64,000 nt of DNA, taken from assembly GCA_963787255.1 (NCBI GenBank), contig CAWBCJ010000029.1, positions 416,001 through 480,000 of the forward strand, in the 5' to 3' direction. Shown one piece after another: positions 21,313 to 31,819 of this stretch (position 1 is the first letter of the stretch; every line of letters begins with the position of its first letter). The notes under the pieces were generated by a model, which searched no databases, had not been told where the DNA came from, and saw only the letters and a list, made by a program, of their open reading frames with translations. The stretch comes from Methanobacteriota archaeon. GTDB lineage: Archaea; Methanobacteriota; Methanobacteria; Methanobacteriales; Methanobacteriaceae. The translations under genes and the position numbers were made by a program.

Positions 21313-21663
21313 ATGAAGTCAGTTTTGATAATAATTGACAGGGCGCCTTACGGCTGGGAAGATGCATTCAGCGGGTTTTTCGTGGAGATAGCTTGCTTAA
21401 ACAGACAACTTGAATGCGACGTTATTTTAATTGAAGATGGCATTTACGCAGCTTTAGATAACCAGGGCTCTGAAGGAATTAAATTTCCAGGTGTTGGAGA
21501 ATTAACATACCTTATTTTTCCTGAAGGAAACATATTTGTTCATAAAGGCTCACTTAAAGAAAGGGGAGTTAATGAATCTGATTTAATGGAAACAGTTGAT
21601 ATTATTAATGATGAGGAGATTTATGGAATTATTAAATCTAAAGAGGCAGTAATAAGGATTTAA
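21313..21663 (+). CDS. DsrF/TusC-like subunit
   Basis: IIDRAPYG, LIEDGIYAA...Q, SLKERGV. Confidence 0.82.
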   Translation: MKSVLIIIDRAPYGWEDAFSGFFVEIACLNRQLECDVILIEDGIYAALDNQGSEGIKFPGVGELTYLIFPEGNIFVHKGSLKERGVNESDLMETVDIINDEEIYGIIKSKEAVIRI

Positions 21664-21681
21664 TAAATTCGAGGAATTTAA

Positions 21682-22296
21682 ATGGAAATGGAAGAACTGG
21701 AATTTGAGCTTTTTGAAGACGGAGCACTGATAAAAAAGGTGATTATAAAAAATATTAAGCCATGTGTAATAGCTGAAGGCCAGATAAGCGTCTTAATGCA
21801 GCTTGATAGCGAGCTCCACCATGTTTTACCACTCATGGTTTTAAAATTTCCTCCAGGAAATGTTAATTACATCAAAAGAAAGAATATTTTAACACTTTCC
21901 ATATACGGCCGATTGATAACTATTTATCCCTCTGGAAAGGTCAGCATGAACAAGACCAACAGTAAAGAAGAATCCATTGAAGTAATTAAAGACATTGCAG
22001 GTTCTATAAATGAAGCTCATTTAGAATCTATAACTGGGAAAAATTTGGATTATGGGGCGATTAAAGAAAAATTGTCTAAAATTGGGCCTCTATCAATCTA
22101 TAATTGCCTTCCCCAGACTGACTGTGAAGAGTGTGGCGAAACTACCTGCATGGCATTCGCCATGAAATTACTCTCTGGAGAATCTAAACTTAACGAATGC
22201 ATGCTTTTACATGAAATGGGATATCTAAACAATGTTAAATGTCTTAAATCAACATTAGGAATCCAGATTATGGAAATTCTTGGCTGGAAAGGTTAA
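21682..22296 (+). CDS. (Fe-S)-binding protein with C-terminal 4Fe-4S domain
   Basis: LPQTDCEECGETTCMAFA...EC (CxxCxxxxC-x16-C, RnfB/CFeSP-type FeS domain); N-terminal IKPC and LITIYPSGKV. Confidence 0.82.
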   Translation: MEMEELEFELFEDGALIKKVIIKNIKPCVIAEGQISVLMQLDSELHHVLPLMVLKFPPGNVNYIKRKNILTLSIYGRLITIYPSGKVSMNKTNSKEESIEVIKDIAGSINEAHLESITGKNLDYGAIKEKLSKIGPLSIYNCLPQTDCEECGETTCMAFAMKLLSGESKLNECMLLHEMGYLNNVKCLKSTLGIQIMEILGWKG

Positions 22297-22346
22297 TATA
22301 TGTTCAGTTGTTAGTTAAGGCTCTGAAATTATTATAAGTGATAACG

Positions 22347-22670
22347 ATGCAAGTAGGAATTATTTTAACAAAGACCCCCTCTGAAGAAGGATTCAATACT
22401 TTTTTAAGATTTGCATCACTATATTCAGGTAAAGAAGAGCTTTCAATTTATTTCATAGGTAACGGAGTCTTTAGTGCAAGGAAGGGACATTTAAAAGAAA
22501 ATGAAATTAAAAAATTAATAAAAAATTCCAGCATATTTGCATATTCAGATGATTTAAAGGCGAGAGGAATTGCTGAAGAAGATTTGATAGAAGGAATAAA
22601 ACCATTTCACAGTTATGATGATCTAGTAATTGATATAATGGAAAATAAGAATCAAATTTTAAGCTTTTAG
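22347..22670 (+). CDS. DsrH/TusB-like subunit
   Basis: TKTP, GNGVF, DDLKARGI, YDDLV. Confidence 0.82.
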   Translation: MQVGIILTKTPSEEGFNTFLRFASLYSGKEELSIYFIGNGVFSARKGHLKENEIKKLIKNSSIFAYSDDLKARGIAEEDLIEGIKPFHSYDDLVIDIMENKNQILSF

Positions 22671-22833
22671 GAGCTTAAATGGCAAAAAGGAAAAAAGAAA
22701 AGAATCAAAGTATAGGATGCTAGTGTCAGGACAGGGCATTTGATCAGACAGACAATATGTAAAAAAATTGTGAAGAGATAAAAAAAATAATCCTGATCAA
22801 GATTATTCACTACTCTAATCACTTAAATTTGAC

Positions 22834-24012
22834 TTAAAATATGGCTGATACGAGACTATAGCTTATACTGGACACTACAAGAGTTAATGAAATAATTGAA
22901 ACAACAATTGTAAGTTTATTTGCTAAATCACTTGTAGTAATGTAATTTAATAGCTCTTCCAGCATCAAACCGCCATCAAGAGGTTTTAGAGGCAGTAAAT
23001 TGAAGGTGCCTATCCCAAAGTTCAGGATAAATATCCATATCAATAATGTGTTAAAGCTGAATAATATCCAGGGCAATATATCTCCATAAGTACTGGAAAT
23101 ATCTTTATTAACTACTAAATTTTCCTGAGTAACTACTCCCACATAAGAAGCCGTTGAATTATTGGGATTAGACGCAGTTTTTATTGTAAACGTCCCTTGA
23201 TTAGTTGTAATGGTTAAAACATCACCAGGTTTAGTTGTATTTAGTGTACTTGTAAAACTTGTTTTATTTGTTATTTCTTTGCCGTTAATATTGGTTATTA
23301 TCATTCCTTCTTTTAAAACCCCCTCAGCAGGGCTATCAGGCATTATACTTGTAATCTGCATTCCTTCAGCATGGAATGAAGGCCCAATAAAAAACATAGA
23401 TAATAATAAAGTTCCTATAAATGCAAGGGTAGCAAAACCTATGTTAAATATGGATCCTGCAGCATAAATCCGAAGCTTTGAAAGCCGTTTTGCTTTTTTA
23501 ACCTGTTCCTCGTCAGGTTCTACAAATGCACCTGGTAAAATAGCAAGTAGAAGTAATCCTATGGATTTAATACCAATACCTTCAGCTCTCGCAAGAATAC
23601 CGTGGGCAAATTCATGAACAACAATAACTGTTACAAGTGCAACTAATCCATACCCTAATGGGATGCTGATAGGAGATCCAGGAATGTTAAATCCTGGAAT
23701 TGCAATACTAACAGCAGAAGCCTGTGCTGAAGCAGCAGGGGCTGTTAATACTGAAATTAATGAGTTTAAAAGCAGATAAACTATCAGCCCCATGAAAAAG
23801 ACTGCAACAGGAATTCCCACATTCATAGTGTATTTCCAGAATTTAGGACTCTTTTGAGCAATAGAATCGATAAAATCCCTAAGTCGTGTAGTTCTTCTCA
23901 TTAAGAGAGGGCCATTTATGTCAATTTTTAACTTATCTTTAAATAATATGGCTAAAACCCATATAACAACAAATGCAGTAGCATAAAACGCTAAAACGGA
24001 GTAATTGTCCAA
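22834..24012 (-). CDS. Site-2 protease (M50) with PDZ domain
   Basis: HEFAH, GAFVEPD, NLLPLKPLDGG, PDZ-like segment DSPAEG. Confidence 0.93.
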   Translation of the reverse strand: MDNYSVLAFYATAFVVIWVLAILFKDKLKIDINGPLLMRRTTRLRDFIDSIAQKSPKFWKYTMNVGIPVAVFFMGLIVYLLLNSLISVLTAPAASAQASAVSIAIPGFNIPGSPISIPLGYGLVALVTVIVVHEFAHGILARAEGIGIKSIGLLLLAILPGAFVEPDEEQVKKAKRLSKLRIYAAGSIFNIGFATLAFIGTLLLSMFFIGPSFHAEGMQITSIMPDSPAEGVLKEGMIITNINGKEITNKTSFTSTLNTTKPGDVLTITTNQGTFTIKTASNPNNSTASYVGVVTQENLVVNKDISSTYGDILPWILFSFNTLLIWIFILNFGIGTFNLLPLKPLDGGLMLEELLNYITTSDLANKLTIVVSIISLTLVVSSISYSLVSAIF

Positions 24013-24089
24013 TTAATCACCTTTCTATATTATGGAATATAATTTATTTTTATAATCTTCACTAAAATTTTAATTATAAACTTAATTGC

Positions 24090-25305
24090 TTATACCTTTA
24101 ATGAATCGTAAAGTAAAACATCACATTCTTCCCCTTCACCAATTCCTTCACGATTTTCTTCAATTATTATATAGGAATCAGATTCTACCATCGACCTTAT
24201 TATCCCTGATCCTTTAATTTTAAGCGGATAAACATGGTTTCCATCAGTCTTTGCCCTGATATAATCTGTTCTTCCAAGGGTAGAGGCTATTTTTCGTGAT
24301 GTAATTTTTTTAATAATAGGAAAATCTCTATAAATATTCTGCATTTTGAGTAAATAATCCCGGACAAAAACGTCGAACTGCACCATTGCGGCTACAGGAT
24401 ATCCTGAAAGCATGAATATGGGCTTTTCATCGATTACTCCAAACCCAAAGGGTTTACCTGGTCTTAAAGAAACTCCATGGATTAAAACTTCTCCAATTTC
24501 ATCAACTACATCTACAACAACGTCTCCTTTACTTATTGCTGTACCACCCGTGGTTATTATGGCATCACATGATTTTAAAAATTCTTTTATCTGTTTTTTT
24601 ACATTCTCTGCATCATCAATGCAGTGGGTGGCTTTTGGAATTGCCAGTGTGCTTTCTACAAGTGCTTTTAAAGTAAAATAATTTGAATTTACTATTTCTG
24701 CGTCTTTAATTTCTTTTCCCGGCATTACAAGTTCGTTTCCAGTGGTAATAATGCCTATACGGGGTTTTTTAAATACTTTTATTTTGTCATGGCCTGCAGA
24801 TGTAATTATACCAACATCTTGAGGTCTTAAGTGTTTTGGAGATTTTAATATCAAATCGCCTTTTTTAAAGTCTTCAGCCGCAGGAGAAACATTTTCATCA
24901 GGAGTAATGCTTGTTAAAATCTCTAAATTGTCGCCTTGTTCATGTGTATACTCTTCCATTACAACACCATTGGCGCCTTTGGGAATAGGAGCTCCAGTAG
25001 CGATTTTAACAGCTTCTCCATTTTTTAGAGTCACTTCTGATTTTTTTCCAGCACCTATTCTGTCAACAATCTTTAAATGTGCGGGATTTGAATCTGAAAA
25101 TCCAAAGGTATCTTCAGCCTTTATTGCATAGCCGTCCATTGCAGATCTGTCAAATGACGGGGAATCAAAAAGTGCCTTAATTTCTTCTGCAAGCACTCTG
25201 TTATATGCATCATCAGGATCGATTATTTCAGTTCCTCTTCTCTAAATTAACGCTTTTTATAACCTTTAAAGCATCTTCAACGGGCATTAGTTCAAATAAA
25301 AACAT
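24090..25305 (-). CDS. moeA: Molybdopterin molybdotransferase; 1-nt insertion near 25238
   Basis: FDRSAMDGYA, IATGAPIP, TGNEL, TTGG, RPGKP; N-terminus MFLFELMPVEDAL starts at 25305 in another frame. Confidence 0.93.
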
Positions 25306-25747
25306 TTTAGTCTACTTCCATTTTATGATATAAACAGGATATTCAATGATGATATTTGTATTAGATTTCATTTAAATAAAATTATTTTACTTAATGTAAG
25401 TGTTTATATTTTTTTTATATGTATTAAATTGTAATTTTAATTAATTTAACAGTTCTTTTGCTTAAAAAAATTTAATAGTAGTAATCATTATTAGTGATAA
25501 ATTTTGAAATTACATTCCAGTCACAGAAATTATTCTAAATTAAATAATTGGAGTTTAAATTTTATTATTGGATTAAAGGTGGAAATGAGCTGTAATCAGC
25601 TCCTTATTTCCTCTTTTTAAATAAGTAATCATTATTATTAATTTTTGTTTTATTTTGAATTTCTGCTTTTTCGCAAAAAATAAAGTAATCCCTGATCTAA
25701 TAATAAATAATTGAATATATAATTTTATATATTTGGGGGGTTAATTA

Positions 25748-26140
25748 TTGTTTGAATCAGAATCTATGATTTATAAAATATTTATAAGCCATATTGGTGA
25801 GGATGAAGAGGAATATTCAACATTTATTCAGAAATTATCTTCTGCCCACGATTTTGAATATGAAAATTGTGGAATATTGGAAGATATGTCTGATAAAGGG
25901 CTTGAAGGACAGATAAAACCCGTTGGAGTAGTTATAATTCTTTCAGGATTATATAATAAATATAAATCTATTATTAAAAAGCAGTTAGATATTTCAAGAG
26001 ATTTAGATAAATCAGTTATTGTTATAAGGCCTTATGGTATGGAAGATGTACCTTCAGAGCTTGAAGAGATTGCTGAGGATATTGTGGGCTGGAATGCGGC
26101 ATGTATTGTGGATTCAATTGAAGAGACTTATCCGGAATGA
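25748..26140 (+). CDS. MTH538-like TIR-fold protein (DUF1863/ThsB-like family)
   Basis: IFISH, VVIILSGLY, RPYG.E.VP.ELE..A..IVGWN..CI. Confidence 0.82.
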   Translation: MFESESMIYKIFISHIGEDEEEYSTFIQKLSSAHDFEYENCGILEDMSDKGLEGQIKPVGVVIILSGLYNKYKSIIKKQLDISRDLDKSVIVIRPYGMEDVPSELEEIAEDIVGWNAACIVDSIEETYPE

Positions 26141-26165
26141 TCAAATTAATTAGTTTTTAGAATTC

Positions 26166-26340
26166 GTTATACACTTGAAATTTATGTCTTTAAATCATTA
26201 TTTTTAATACTATTTCATAGGGCAGATAATAATGATAGTTTAAATTTACGGATAATCCAATAAATAGTGCTATTAAAAAAAGTTATACACTTGCAAATTA
26301 TGTTAAAAATCTTAAATTTGTATTACTAATTAATGGGGGT
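26166..26340 (+). repeat. Degenerate ~55-60 bp direct repeat, two copies 116 bp apart
   Basis: GTTATACACTTGAAATTTATGT (26166) vs GTTATACACTTGCAAATTATGT (26282), 20/22 identical, with weaker similarity continuing to TACTA.TT.AT.GGG. Confidence 0.7.
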
Positions 26341-26379
26341 AACATCCCTGTAGTGTGGAGGCACAGAGAGCAGGGATGC
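26335..26379 (-). ncRNA. Candidate sRNA, copy B of the GCAUCCC hairpin family
   Basis: GCAUCCCUG/CAGGGAUGU stem enclosing a UGUG-CCUC-CACA hairpin; AATAGAAAA 41 nt upstream and TTATTAAT at -30..-23; 3' end uncertain. Confidence 0.5.
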
Positions 26380-26526
26380 AAGTAATATTATATCTAATAT
26401 AATTAATAATATTTTCTATTTTGAATCCTTTAGCAGCGTTAAAAATAAAGTGATTCTATATAACTAGAATTAATAGCTTCATTTTTTGATTATTGGATGA
26501 AACTAATGAAATGTTCTTTTGGCTGC

Positions 26527-27021
26527 TTAAAATCTGCAGCTGCTTTGCCCTCTTTTGTTAAGATACTGCTGATGGTAATCTTCAGCCATGTAGAACTTAA
26601 AATCCGATGCAGGGACTATTTCAGTAACAACATCTCGCCCATAAACTCCTGATTTCCCTAATTTTTCCTTTGAAGCCCTGGCAGCTTTTCCCTGTTCTTC
26701 ATCGTAATAGAAAATAATGGACCTATACTGCTCTCCTATATCAGGCCCTTGACGGTTTAGAGTAGTTGGATCGTGAACATTCCAGAAAACATTAAGCAGT
26801 TCATCATAAGAAACTACTGAAGGGTCATAAGTCACTTCAACTGTTTCAGCATGACCTGTTTGTCCAGAACAAACATCATGATACGTAGGATTGTCTGTAT
26901 GACCACCCATATATCCTACTGCAGTTGATACTACTCCTTTTAGGTTTCTAAATGTTTCTTCAACTCCCCAGAAGCATCCAGCACCAAAAGCAGCTTTTTT
27001 ATATTTATTTTCATCTGCCAT
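26527..27021 (-). CDS. msrA: Peptide methionine sulfoxide reductase A
   Basis: [32 protein letters not shown]. Confidence 0.97.
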   Translation of the reverse strand: MADENKYKKAAFGAGCFWGVEETFRNLKGVVSTAVGYMGGHTDNPTYHDVCSGQTGHAETVEVTYDPSVVSYDELLNVFWNVHDPTTLNRQGPDIGEQYRSIIFYYDEEQGKAARASKEKLGKSGVYGRDVVTEIVPASDFKFYMAEDYHQQYLNKRGQSSCRF

Positions 27022-27254
27022 TTTTTATCACATCATTTATATTAATTTTGAGATAAATCACAATAATTTCCTTTTTTTCATTAATAAATTAGTTTTAGTT
27101 TCCTATTATTAGTAATTTTTGTATTACCCAGAAAAATAAATATAATGCATATTTTCCCAATTTTCTGGCTTAATTCACTATTACAATACATAATAATCAA
27201 TTAACGGCTAGAATGTCATAAAATTTTATATGTTTTAAAATCAATCATATATGG

Positions 27255-28151
27255 ATGATAAATATAAGCTCTTTAACCAAACATTTCGGTAAAATACACG
27301 CTTTAGATAACATAAACCTTGAAATAGAAAAAGGAGAGCTTTTAGGATTAATAGGACAAAATGGGGCCGGAAAAACCACTGCAATAAGAATTATATGCGG
27401 TATACTAAAACCGGACCAAGGCGACGTGGTTGTAGACGGCTATAGTGTCTTAAAAGATCCCATTCAAGTTAAATCAATGATAGGTTATCTTCCAGAAGAA
27501 CCAAACCTCTACGAGAGATTTAAAGCACGTGATCTACTTCGGTACTTTGGAGAACTTTACGGCGTTCCCAAAGAAAGGATTGATGACAGGATTAACGAAC
27601 TTCTTGAGCTTGTGGGAATGGAAGACCGCGCTGAACATAGAATAAACACATTTTCAAAAGGATTGCGCCAGAGAATTGGAATTGCAAGAGCTTTAATTCA
27701 TGATCCTGAAATTATTATTTTTGACGAGCCAACAATGGGACTTGACCCTGCAACTTCCCTTTCAATTAGAAGCTTTATTGAAGGTCTTAAAGGAGAAAAG
27801 ACCATAATTTTATGCACCCATTACATGAATGAAGCTGATGCACTTTGCGATCGTGTTGCAATACTAAATGGGGGCAAAATAAAGGATATAGGCACTCCAG
27901 AATATCTTAAAGAAAAAATACACGGTCAGACCATACTTCAAATAAAAATTAAGAGTTTTGATGCGAATATTGAAAAAATTAGTTATTTTAATTCTGTGGA
28001 AAATTTTAATTTAAAAGGAAATGAGCTCTTAATTTCTTTAAATTCTAAAGACGAAATTTCAGATATAATCAACATTATTGGACACAATATGGTATCTGTA
28101 AATACGAAAGAACCTACTTTAGAGGATGTATTTATTTACACTGTAAAATAA
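27255..28151 (+). CDS. ABC-2 exporter ATP-binding subunit (NatA-like)
   Basis: GQNGAGKTT, FSKGLRQR, IFDEPT, THYM. Confidence 0.95.
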   Translation: MINISSLTKHFGKIHALDNINLEIEKGELLGLIGQNGAGKTTAIRIICGILKPDQGDVVVDGYSVLKDPIQVKSMIGYLPEEPNLYERFKARDLLRYFGELYGVPKERIDDRINELLELVGMEDRAEHRINTFSKGLRQRIGIARALIHDPEIIIFDEPTMGLDPATSLSIRSFIEGLKGEKTIILCTHYMNEADALCDRVAILNGGKIKDIGTPEYLKEKIHGQTILQIKIKSFDANIEKISYFNSVENFNLKGNELLISLNSKDEISDIINIIGHNMVSVNTKEPTLEDVFIYTVK

Positions 28152-28181
28152 AACGTTTTAAATGATATTCAGGTCTTTATC

Positions 28182-29363
28182 ATGAGATTTTTCACTATAG
28201 CAAAATGGGAATTTAAAAGCTCCATCAAAAGCAGGAAGTTTTTAGCTCTGTTTTTCATGCAGATTTCTGTTCTAATTTTAATGGTAATTTTCTTTAACTT
28301 TTTCACCGCAAACATTGAATCTGATGGCTTTACACTTTCCCCTTCACTTACAGGGTTTGCTTCAGTAGATGTTTCAGATAAAAGCGGTATTTTTTCAAAT
28401 CAACTGAACAAAGAAGTCTTAAAAATAAATAATTTGAGTTACAACGAGTCACTTAACCGTGTAAATGAAGGCAGAACCACTGCAGTGCTTATTGTTCCTG
28501 AAAACTTCATCCGAAATATAGACGAGTTAAAAACGAATAACCTAAATCTTTTTGTTAACATGGAAGATCCAAAACAAAGTGTAGCCACAGAAGAGATTAA
28601 TTCCACTTTAGAGGCTATTTCAGCTTCTATTTCTAATCAATGGATAAATACATTGGCCCCTGAAAATAAAGTAGTTGAACCAGAAGTTAAAGAGGAAAAA
28701 ACAGGAGAATCTCTCCCTTTAAAACTCATCAATAAAATGATGATTGCTGTACTGCTTTTCCTACCTCTTTTCCTCTTTGGAAATATGGTAGTTGACAGTA
28801 TTGTAGGAGAAAAGGAGAGAAAAACAGGAGAAATATTAGTTGCAATGCCTATTAGTCATGCGGATGTTATAATCGGAAAAAACATGGCCGTTATTTTAAC
28901 TATAGCGCTGCAGGTTGCAATCTGGATAATAATTCTTTTAGTAGCAGGATTTGAAATTAATAACTCAATTATGGTCTATCTGGTGATTATATTAACTGCA
29001 ATTCCTATTGTGGGCATAACCAGTGTTATTGCAGCGTATTCCAAAAACTACAAGGAAGCAGGAATTGGATTGAGCTTTATCTACATTGCCATTGTAGGAT
29101 TTCTCATAGTCCCTGCACTTGCCTACATATCCGGGCAGTTACCTGGTTCTAATATATCACCAATGACCCTTGTAATGCGCCTTTTTTCAGGGGAAAGCAT
29201 ATCAACAACTGAATTAACCCTGCCACTTGTTACAATAGCCTTAATTAGTGTTATAACATTCTGGCTGACTATCAAACTCTTTAAAAGGGATGATATAATG
29301 TTTGGCCCTCGACCAGGAGTTATAAGACTCACTCTTAACCTAATTGGTCTCAAGAAAATATGA
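28182..29363 (+). CDS. ABC-2 permease (NatB-like)
   Basis: DSIVGEKERKTGEIL motif; one TM, a soluble domain, then multiple TMs. Confidence 0.9.
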   Translation: MRFFTIAKWEFKSSIKSRKFLALFFMQISVLILMVIFFNFFTANIESDGFTLSPSLTGFASVDVSDKSGIFSNQLNKEVLKINNLSYNESLNRVNEGRTTAVLIVPENFIRNIDELKTNNLNLFVNMEDPKQSVATEEINSTLEAISASISNQWINTLAPENKVVEPEVKEEKTGESLPLKLINKMMIAVLLFLPLFLFGNMVVDSIVGEKERKTGEILVAMPISHADVIIGKNMAVILTIALQVAIWIIILLVAGFEINNSIMVYLVIILTAIPIVGITSVIAAYSKNYKEAGIGLSFIYIAIVGFLIVPALAYISGQLPGSNISPMTLVMRLFSGESISTTELTLPLVTIALISVITFWLTIKLFKRDDIMFGPRPGVIRLTLNLIGLKKI

Positions 29364-29505
29364 TGAAAATTAATTAAGTCTAGCATTATACTAAGAAAGA
29401 AATATAAAAAAAATAAACATGATAATTCATGCTTTAACCATTTACTAAATTAATATAAACATAAATAAGCATAAATTTAATCCATCCTCATTTAAAGGAG
29501 ATAGA

Positions 29506-30645
29506 ATGAAGATAATTACTCTTGCAAAAAAAGAAGCCCAAGACATATTAACCAATCGAATTTACCTTATGGTTGTATTTGTACAAATATTCATCATTCT
29601 TGGAGCCTTCGGACTGGGACTTGCAAGCTCTGTAATGACTGATCCCACGCTTCTTGATAAGTTTGGTGCCACATCATCACTTAAGATTGGAATTTCAGAA
29701 GATTTAGAAAATTCAAGTATTGCTAATGACTTGAAAGCCCAAAATCTGAACCTCATTTATTTTAAAGATATGAATAAAGCCAATTCACTCTTAGGCTCAG
29801 AGCTAGTTGCTGTGATTAATGTTTCACCCCCTCCAAAAGAGGATATAACATATGAATCTGATACATCAAATGTATTTTATCCTATAGTATCAGAAAAGAT
29901 AAAAAACGCTGTTAATAATTTTAAACTAGAAAAAAAACTTAAATCGGCAGGAATAGATGAATCCAAGATTGATACAATAAAGAACCCAGTAGTTTTAAAC
30001 GAAATAAAAGTAAATGAAGATAATGCTGTAAAAATAGCACTTAATAATTCCTATTTTGTAGAAATAATGTACGGCTTTATTGTTCCATTTGTTCTACTAC
30101 TTCCATTTTTCCTGGCAAGCAATATAGTAACAGATAGTATTGTGGGGGAAAGAGAAAGAAAAACATTTGAAATGCTTCTCATGACACCTATTTCAAGTTC
30201 AATGGTTATAATGGGTAAAATTTTACCAATACTCTCCTTTTCAATGATTCAAAGCATTGCATGGATTATTCTACTTGATCTTTTAGGATTACCAATTTAT
30301 AATACATTTATTCTGATTTTTATACTCTTATTTATCGGTATAGGCTTTATAGGTGTTGGAATATTAATATCAATGCTTGTTGATAGTACTAAAGAAGCTA
30401 ATTCGGCCATAACTTTGGTATTGATGTTTGTAACATTTCTTTTATTCATGCCCCTTTTTATAAAAATTCCTTATTTAGTAGGTTTTCTGGACTTTATTCC
30501 AACAGTTTTAATGGTTAAAATGTCTTCAACACCTAATTTACCTTATGAAATGCTGATATTTTTGATCCCAACAATTTTGGTGTCAACATTATTTTTCATA
30601 CTTGCTGTAAGGTATTTCAGGCACGAAAGAGCAATCCGACTCTAA
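29506..30645 (+). CDS. ABC-2 permease (NatB-like), second subunit
   Basis: DSIVGERERKTFEMLL motif, same topology. Confidence 0.9.
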   Translation: MKIITLAKKEAQDILTNRIYLMVVFVQIFIILGAFGLGLASSVMTDPTLLDKFGATSSLKIGISEDLENSSIANDLKAQNLNLIYFKDMNKANSLLGSELVAVINVSPPPKEDITYESDTSNVFYPIVSEKIKNAVNNFKLEKKLKSAGIDESKIDTIKNPVVLNEIKVNEDNAVKIALNNSYFVEIMYGFIVPFVLLLPFFLASNIVTDSIVGERERKTFEMLLMTPISSSMVIMGKILPILSFSMIQSIAWIILLDLLGLPIYNTFILIFILLFIGIGFIGVGILISMLVDSTKEANSAITLVLMFVTFLLFMPLFIKIPYLVGFLDFIPTVLMVKMSSTPNLPYEMLIFLIPTILVSTLFFILAVRYFRHERAIRL

Positions 30646-30739
30646 AATGACAGTACACCAAAGCAGTTATAAATAAGCCATACTCATTTAAAACCTATTG
30701 CAACTAAAGAAAACAAAATAAACTGTTTTTATAGGATTG

Positions 30740-31753
30740 TCATGCCCAAGAATAAATATTCCACGAAAGGAAAAATCCGCTGGACTTACCCTTCAAATCA
30801 TCTATCAATTTAAGTAAAAGCACTTTATCATTTGTATTTCCTGGTACCTTCACAATCATTTTATTTCCTTCCTTTTTAACACTTAAAACATTATATCCAC
30901 TAAGATCTATGTTTTCTGAAGGATCAATAATGGTTATTTCGTGGAATTCAGTATTTGTTCCTATTAAACCTATTGAAACCCGGATAATAATAAGTAAAAT
31001 CACAATTAACATTGGTTTTGCAAGATATTTAGGTGAAAAAGGTTTTTTCACGAAATAAACTGATAAAAGGATCAGTAGGCCAAAGAGGGCAGGTGTTGAA
31101 AATAATCCTCCGTCAAGCATCCCAATTAAAGAGATAGTAAGACCGAACGCAAGAATAATCTTGTAAATATCTTCCCTACGGCTTAAAGAGGCTAATCCGG
31201 TTAAATAAACCAGTGGAAATGCAACAAAAATAGCAAATGCTACTGGAGAAAAGTACTGAGCAAGTGAAACTCCAGTATTTATCTGGGCTGGAACATGAAT
31301 TCCTAAAAATTCTATAAAAGAACCTAAAACAGATTTAAGTATGTGACTGTGGGTTATGCTGGTGGAACTTGCCCCTTCGCTAAATGATACAAACATTGTA
31401 AAGATGGAAACCCCAAATTTAGCTCTTATCCATATTTCAAGGAACATTCCAAATAAATAGGTAACCATTATGATTATAATAGTGATTTTAAGATATTTTT
31501 GACCTTCAAAACTTAATTCAGGAATAATTTTTGATATTTTGTTTGCAATAATCCCATCCTGCCGGAATAATGGATAAAAAAGCAGCATACTTCCCATAAC
31601 TCCAAAAAGAATTACAGATTTACCTTCAGATGAACCTTCTAAAAAAGGATATGTAATACTTAAAATGACATGATCAAGTAAATTTGTAGCATATATGAAA
31701 ATTGCAAAGAGAATCATACAGATTCCAATTATATTAAGTTTGTTCAAGCGCAA
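30740..31753 (-). CDS. Multi-pass membrane protein of unknown function
   Basis: 337-aa hydrophobic ORF with THSH.LK and DGGLFSTP motifs. Confidence 0.75.
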   Translation of the reverse strand: MRLNKLNIIGICMILFAIFIYATNLLDHVILSITYPFLEGSSEGKSVILFGVMGSMLLFYPLFRQDGIIANKISKIIPELSFEGQKYLKITIIIIMVTYLFGMFLEIWIRAKFGVSIFTMFVSFSEGASSTSITHSHILKSVLGSFIEFLGIHVPAQINTGVSLAQYFSPVAFAIFVAFPLVYLTGLASLSRREDIYKIILAFGLTISLIGMLDGGLFSTPALFGLLILLSVYFVKKPFSPKYLAKPMLIVILLIIIRVSIGLIGTNTEFHEITIIDPSENIDLSGYNVLSVKKEGNKMIVKVPGNTNDKVLLLKLIDDLKGKSSGFFLSWNIYSWA

Positions 31754-31819
31754 TTAATTTCACCGTCTTAATTTAATAATCTTAACATTTGTTTAATTAA
31801 CTTACTTTCAACCTTCTTC

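Noticed and set aside
22679-22800. Short ORF MAKRKKEKNQSIGC after dsrH
   Set aside because: 14 codons with no recognisable family; possibly a relic but unsupported
25748-26140. Thoeris anti-phage system
   Set aside because: No ThsA/effector gene nearby and the catalytic Glu appears absent
26166-26340. CRISPR mini-array
   Set aside because: Only two degenerate copies, a 116-bp period too long for repeat plus spacer, and no cas genes
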